This document shows positions 21,701-27,393 of a stretch of 27,393 nt of DNA, one piece after another (position 1 is the stretch's first letter; the number at the start of each line of letters is the position of its first letter). The position numbers and the translations under genes are program-made. Source of the DNA: Octopus sinensis (lineage: Eukaryota); NCBI RefSeq assembly GCF_006345805.1, contig NW_021833394.1:1-27393 (forward strand), read 5' to 3'. The notes under the pieces were generated by a model. The model did not search any database and had not been told where the DNA came from. It saw only the letters and a program-made list of their open reading frames with translations.

Positions 21701-21703
<3 letters not shown>

Positions 21704-22189
21704 AATGTGAATATATACTTTTTGTACATGAATCGAAGACTGTTATTAGGTGATAGATTTAAATTTAATTGATAGAAAAATATCTCAATCGTAGCAGGAA
21801 ATGTATTAAAACGTATGCCCACGTGAAGCGTTGGATGTGCGTGTTTCGGGCGGGGGAGGGGGAGAGAAAGTGAGAGTGAGAATGTGTGTGTGGGAGTGTG
21901 TGTGTTTGTGTCGATGCATTTGTGGCTGTGAAGAATTTGCACGTTTATACGCTGCAAACACTACTCACACGGCACACAAAGTCTCTCACACATATGCACA
22001 GCCAAACACAAACGCATACATATACACATGAGATGCGGAGGCCGCGTGTGTGTAAGTGAGTGTATGCCTAGGGCATGTGGTGTCACAGGGGGTATGAGTG
22101 AAGTGAACTTATCTCTACATTAGCTTATAACACACACGCGTATATATTCTATGTTCCATTTATATACATTTATAAACACACGTGGCTGT

Positions 22190-22280
22190 GTGGTTCGCGA
22201 AGAGAGACCGATAGAATAAGTACTAGCCTCATAGACATTAAGTCCTGGGTTCGAATGACTGAAACAAATAAAAGAATACA
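22190..22280 (+). mobile_element. SINE family A with large internal deletions
   Basis: Head CGTGGCTGTGTGGTT is joined directly to CGCGAAGAGAGACCGATAGAATAAGTACT..AATGACTGAAACAAATAAAAG. Confidence 0.75.
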
Positions 22281-22291
22281 TATATATACAT

Positions 22292-22678
22292 ACTCTCTTT
22301 ACTCTTTTACTTGTTTCATTCATTTGACTGCGGCCATGCTGGAGCACCGCCTTTTAATCGAGCAAATCGACTCCGGGACTTATTCTTTTGTAAGCCCAGT
22401 ACTTCTTCTATCGCTAAGTAACGGGGACATAAACACACCATCATCGGTTGTCAAGCAATGCTAGGGGGACAAACACAGACACACAAACACACGCACGCAT
22501 ATATATATGTACATATATACGACGGGCTTCTTTCCGTCTACCAAATCCACTCACAAGGCTTTGGTCGGCCTGAGGCTATAGTAGAAGACACTTGCCCAAG
22601 GTGCCACGCAGTGGTACTGAACCCGGAACCATGTGGTTGGTAAACAAGCTACTTACCACACAGCCACTCCTGCGCCTA
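22292..22678 (-). mobile_element. SINE family A, full length
   Basis: Near-consensus, ending ..CCACACAGCCACTCCTGCGCCT. Confidence 0.92.
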
Positions 22679-23824
22679 TACATTTATATATATATATATA
22701 TATAAATGTATAGCTACATGTGTGTGCGTTTGTGTGTGTGCGTGTGTCCTGCAATATAAGCTGATATGCCAAGCATTTAAGGGCTACTGAAGAGAGCGCA
22801 AGTGAAGTGAGCAAGCCACCAAGCGCCTCTCATCGAGAAGAGTACTGTTGCTGTGAGAACCACAACCTTGAATGCTATTAATTTTGTTTTTCCTAACGTT
22901 ATTTAATTTTGTAAATAGACTGTCTGGTATGTTTATTTTAATGTCATATCAATGTATACAATGAGTTTCTTTGCCCTACGTGTAGGGAAGACACTCGGGA
23001 AGAAATGGAAACAAAGTTGAATAAAAACACAAACAGCAATAAAATAAAATGAAATACATGAAAAAGAAAAACAGAAATCTTTAGAGACTGACCAACAGAG
23101 TAAAGCATAAAATAAGAGTTGAAAAAATCTCGAGAGTAATTAATAGCATGGCATCAGCAAATGTAGTCGCAGTCACGCTACACTTTAAAATGGAAGAGAA
23201 CAAGTAAAATGCGTTTATTACAACATACAGTGAAGTCTCTTAATTTACACGACTTCAAAACGAGGCGCTAAAAACTTCACAGAGATGACAGAGACTGAAG
23301 ATGTAAGCTACGTACTCACTATTTCTATGAACAGTTTTGGTCGACTCGTTCATCAGACAGAAAAAGAGATTAAAGACAACGAAAACTATATAGAACTGAA
23401 AGCGACAGAAAAACCAGGTGTGAATAATTTGTGAGTAATAAATGTTTTCGTTGATCTTTTTAGAGGTCAGTTTGTTTCCGAACAGATCTCACAGGAAGTA
23501 TTTACGAATGAATGTATGCAAGCATATATGGATGAGTAAATATTTGTTTATATCCGGCAGAGAGTCGTGTTGGAATTGGAATTTAAAGAGAATAACACGG
23601 TAATAAACGGATTTTGAAGATGTATCATTATCCATTATTCTTCATAACGTCTCCATTAGACACTCTGTATGCTGTATAAAATGCAATGAAGCGAATTCAG
23701 GATTTACTTGTCGAGGGAATAGCATTTAATTTTTCATCTCAAACATTCGATGTGGTTGGCCAGATCGGGATTATATCACAGTGCTAATAAGGTACTTGCC
23801 TGGATTCCAATCCCCCTTCTCTCT

Positions 23825-23825
23825 G

Positions 23826-23912
<87 letters not shown>
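23825..23912. repeat. (TA)n(TG)n microsatellite
   Basis: Directly visible. Confidence 0.95.
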
Positions 23913-23915
<3 letters not shown>

Positions 23916-24039
23916 TATAGATAAATATTAGGGTATTATTCGATATTGCAAAATCGAATTAATAACCAATGAAAAGAAATCTACCTTCGTTCCTAAAAGT
24001 ATACCAAGCAGAAACCAAAAGCATTGCCTAAATGAATTA

Positions 24040-24875
24040 CACCAGGCAACAAAACGTTTGCTACTATTAGACGAAATGGCGCTCACGGGTAATTTGGGGA
24101 TGCTGATTCCAAATCTGCAATCATTTTTGCCGTTGCAGGTCACGTTTTTGCGCTATCATTGTTATACTGCTATCAAAATTACAATAATGTGAAAATTCAT
24201 GACAAATAAAATGAATGTGATGTTAAGCATAAATTACCGTTATTTGAAATAAGAACAATAACAACTAGATGGACAAGTCGCTCTAAAACCAATAAAACAC
24301 AAAACGAAAAGTGTAAAGTGAATATTATTAATTTTATGTTTTTCAAAAATAGCTTTGGCGTCTTCTTTTTCGCTTATGTTGCACGTCCGTTTCTCGTTTT
24401 AAAAAAAACAGTGGTAGCCCCTCAGTATATTTGGTGTAAGTCTGCCACTGCAGTGGCTTTCGAACTCTTGGATTTCTTGATAAAATTGTTCACCATGCTC
24501 ATCGCTTACATCACCCATATTGGGTGGAAAAAAGTCAAGTTGAGAGGAGAGAAAATGAATTTTTAGAGACATTCTTGCCCCAAGTTGCTTATAATCATTC
24601 AAAAAGCCATTCACAATTGCAACGTAGTTAGAAGATGTTTCTTTTCTTCAACAATGTTTTACAAGAGAAACAAACTTTTCCCCAGCGGTTTTCTCTACGA
24701 CTTTGTCAAGATTATCAATTGGTTGGAAAATATGATGCTCTGAATAACTAAAAAATCTACACGTGCTGTCTGAAAACTGATGTCAGATTCGGATTCAGCT
24801 CCCTAAAATTACCCTAAATCAGCTGAAAAAGTTTAAATAGCATGATATATATATTTTTCTTTATTTTGCCCGATG
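24040..24875 (-). mobile_element. Internally deleted Chapaev3-like (CMC) DNA transposon with transposase C-terminal remnant
   Basis: Minus-strand LGARMSLKIHFLSSQLDFFPPNMGDVSDEHGEQFYQEI (24399-24614) matches the MSLKIHFLHSHLDFFP.NLG.VSDE.GERFHQDI motif. Ends are TTA|CACCAGGCAACAAAA...TTTTGCCCGATG|TTA (3-bp TSD), with subterminal inverted repeats near 24087-24127 and 24775-24815. The superfamily name is from memory. Confidence 0.75.
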
Positions 24876-24964
24876 TTATTGTTTCTCTTCGACTTCTCCA
24901 AACTCTCATGCTAAATCGCAGCAATAATATCAAAGCTTTAAGAAAACTCCAACCAGGGTAACAT

Positions 24965-25478
24965 CACACAGGGTATGGCCTGGTCAGCCTGTAATGACAT
25001 GCATAAGATCTGGTCATCAAATCTAAGTAGAAACTTCAAACTTGAAATCTTCAAAGCCACAGTCGAACCAATTCTACTATATGGCTCAGAAACCTGGACG
25101 TTATCAAAGAAGCTTGAGAGGCGGTTGGATGGAACCTACACTCGCCTCCTTATGAGAGCTCAAAATCTCTCGTGGAAGCGCCATCCAACCAAAATGCAAA
25201 TATATGGGAAACTACCATCTGTGTCATCTCTTGTGAAAGGTAGAGAGTCTAGTTTGCTGGACATTGTTGTAGAGCTCAAAAAGAAGTAATTTCCTCTTCT
25301 CTCTCTGGAAGCCATCTTCTTGCAATACAGAGGGCGCACACTCCTACCCTGATGTAATCTCCAGGGATACAGGCATCCAGCAACAGGACCTCCGTAATAC
25401 CATGATGGACCGTGAAGTCTGGCGTAGCATGGTAAATTCCATTGTCTCGACCACGGTCGAACGATGATGATGATGAAC
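24965..25478 (+). mobile_element. RTE-clade LINE, 5'-truncated 3' end with (GAT)n tail
   Basis: GMAWSACNDMHKIWSSNLSRNFKLEIFKATVEPILLYGSETWTLSKKLERRLDGTYTRLLMRAQNLSWK, then frameshifted FAGHC..DREVWRSMV. It ends in a TCGACC-AC-GGTCGA hairpin followed by GATGATGATGATGA. Confidence 0.88.
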
Positions 25479-25555
25479 ATCACACAAACCTGTTGGCGCA
25501 CAGTGACCGATGGGATAAGAACCTGGCATTAAAAAAATAACTGCTGAGGATGATT

Positions 25556-25999
25556 GATAAAATTACTATTTCTACGAGAGATATTCAGCAACAGTACTTT
25601 GTAGTAAAGATTGTTTGCCAACATAACATGGCAGTCCTGGTTTAGGACTAATGTTGCTGTAATTTAGCCCCAGGAGACATCCTCTCAAACTGGCCATACG
25701 GCACGATCTATGTCCTTATATTTTCGAACAAGGGAATGTAGCACCCCCACTCAGCTCAAAACAATACCTATGTATCGTGATTTCCGGGTTATTTCCCCTC
25801 ATCAGCACAGAGGGCTAAAGGTGGGAATGCCAAATTCCCGTTTTGAGCTGTGTGAGGATGCTAGATTCCCTTGTTCGAAAATATAAGGACACAAATGGTA
25901 TCGTATAGCCAGCTGGAGAAGATGTCTCCTGGGGCTAAATTACAGCAACATATGTCTTAAACCAGGACTGTCGTGTCATGTTGGCAAACAATCTTTACT
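25556..25999 (-). mobile_element. 444-bp fold-back element: 160-bp inverted arms (25603-25762 / 25840-25999), 12-bp TSD
   Basis: Ungapped hand alignment gives 19 mismatches in 160 bp (88%). CTGAGGATGATT is directly repeated at 25544-25555 and 26000-26011. Confidence 0.92.
25767..25811 (-). ncRNA. Minimal type I hammerhead ribozyme in the loop of the fold-back element
   Basis: UCUGUG CUGAUGA G GGG AAAUAA CCC G GAA AU CACG AU A / CAUAGG. Intact CUGAUGA and GAAA, 6-bp stem I, short near-palindromic stem III; G.G at the base of stem II. Confidence 0.78.
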
Positions 26000-26877
26000 C
26001 TGAGGATGATTTGTCCGACTAAACTCTTCAAAGTGCTGCTCCAGCATGGCTGCAGTCTATGACTGAAACAAGAATAAATAATCATTGTCTAACAGCTCTA
26101 TAAAGTTTGATAAATACTGTAAGTTTATGTCATTTTATTAATACTAAAATATCGAAAACTGTGCGGAGTTGTGACCGTGCTTTACCAAAGACAAACTTAC
26201 AATCCACTGCATGTCCCCATACAATTCATTTTTATCAATTTGGATATCTGAGTCGTCTTCCTTGCATTTAAAAACCGTTATCGATTCCGTTAATGAATTT
26301 TCTTTTGATTTCGATTATCTAGTTTTACCATCAGAGTGAATTCCACTTTAACTGAGATGAAGTAGAGTATTACTTGTGAAAGAGATCAACTTGTGGCAGT
26401 ACAACGTAAGATGTTAACAATCAATAAGAAATAAACCAGTTAAAGTAAAAATTTTTGTGCATTGCTAACTGAATAAAGAATCACCCAGAATTATCGTAGC
26501 GTAATTCTTCATTCGTTACTTTAACATTTGTCAACTCATTTCAGTCATTTTCTAGACTTGGCATGGCACTTCAGTGCGATTAAGTAGATGAGGTCATTGC
26601 GAATTTACAACTTTTGGTTGTAAGATTTTCGGCATCGTCGCTAAGAAAAGCTCTAAATTTTTGCTGTTAGAGCATTGACTTATGTGAATCACGTTTTATG
26701 AGGTTATTATGAATGTTTTTTAGCTTCGGGTTTATGAGAAATGTAAGAAGTTTCGACTAAATCCGTCACAAATTTCAATAAATAGCATGTTACTGGCATG
26801 TAAGTTTACACGAAATTAGGAACATTAATGTCTATTCCTTTCCTTTTGTTCCCACTGCTTATCCCAGGTAAGCTCAG

Positions 26878-26958
26878 AACGAGGAAATTTATTATGGAAG
26901 CCGTATCATCCGTGACTATCACTCTTTCTTTCAGGCAATTTATCTAAGATTACTGTAA
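26878..26958 (+). CDS. Candidate terminal coding exon, unidentified
   Basis: CTCAG|AAC GAG GAA... reads NEEIYYGSRIIRDYHSFFQAIYLRLL*, downstream of a long pyrimidine tract; alternative splice readings exist. Confidence 0.2.
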   Translation, partial: NEEIYYGSRIIRDYHSFFQAIYLRLL

Positions 26959-27140
26959 CTAATGAGTCGTTTCGTTTGATAATGGCGATTTGGATGATAT
27001 TTGTAGGAGACAGAAATGATTTCCTGGGATGGTTTATTTCTTGGTGGATAATAAAAGGGGAGAAAAAATTCCTGAAAACTTTTTATTTAGTTGCTGAATT
27101 TACTGAAGAAATTATAATGTCGTTGCCATTCTACAAATAC

Positions 27141-27373
27141 CTATTTCTTTACTACCCACAAGGGGCTAAACACAGAGAGGACAAACAAGGACAGACAAAC
27201 GGATTAAGTCGATTCTATCGACCCCAGTGCGTAACTAGTACTTATTCAATCGACCCCGAAAGGATGAAAGGCAAAGTCGACCTCGGCGGAATTTGAACTC
27301 AGAACGTAACGGCAGACGAAATGCCGATAAGCATTTCGCCCGGCGTGCTAACGATTCTGCCAGCTCGCCGCCT
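27141..27373 (-). mobile_element. SINE family C, full length, low divergence
   Basis: The minus strand reads AGGCGGCGAGCTGGCAGAATCGTTAGCACGCCGGGCGAAATGCTT..GAGTTCAAATTCCGCCGAGGTCGACTTTGCCTTTCATCCTTTCGGGGTCGA... Confidence 0.92.
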
Positions 27374-27393
27374 ATAACATTTACATTCTGTAA

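Larger units (their letters stand above)
25500..26080 (+). mobile_element. SINE family A 3' fragment interrupted by the fold-back element
   Basis: GACCGATGGGATAAGAACCTGGCATTAAAAAAATAAC..CTGAGGATGATT resumes at 26000 as CTGAGGATGATTTGTCCGACTAAACTCTTCAAAGTGCTGCTCCAGCATGGCTGCAGTCTATGACTGAAACAAG. Confidence 0.7.

Noticed and set aside
23291-23375. CTGAAGA (+) and CTGATGA (-) with nearby GAAA boxes
   Set aside because: Stem I cannot form in either orientation.
26201-26350. Minus-strand exon-like frame SKENSLTESITVFKCKEDDSDIQIDKNELYGDMQWI ending at GTAAGT
   Set aside because: An in-frame TAA follows each plausible acceptor; no homology recognised.

Overview
AT-rich, microsatellite-dense eukaryotic non-coding DNA. 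The tRNA-derived SINE families look like those of a coleoid cephalopod (Octopus-like; recognised from memory, not database-verified). There is no complete protein-coding gene, rRNA, tRNA or CRISPR array, and nearly all ORFs in the supplied track are microsatellite or SINE artefacts. The window is a transposon graveyard: three SINE families (about 20 full or partial copies), a mariner transposase relic, an R4/Dong-like RLE-endonuclease fragment, an RTE LINE 3' end, an internally deleted Chapaev3-like DNA transposon, a Helitron-like and a Tigger-like non-autonomous element, and a degenerate ORF that may be a retroelement ORF1. The main signal not explained by the ORF track is a set of hammerhead ribozyme (HHR) motifs. 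One is fully canonical (18265-18325, minus strand) and several are near-canonical or decayed. Three lie at the apex of 105-160 bp fold-back (inverted-repeat) elements whose arms are unrelated in sequence. In three places a first HHR is followed about 212-228 nt downstream by a second, related HHR-like motif. This suggests non-autonomous, two-ribozyme, fold-back retroelements related to Penelope pLTRs or retrozymes. All folds and counts were done by hand; activity is untested.
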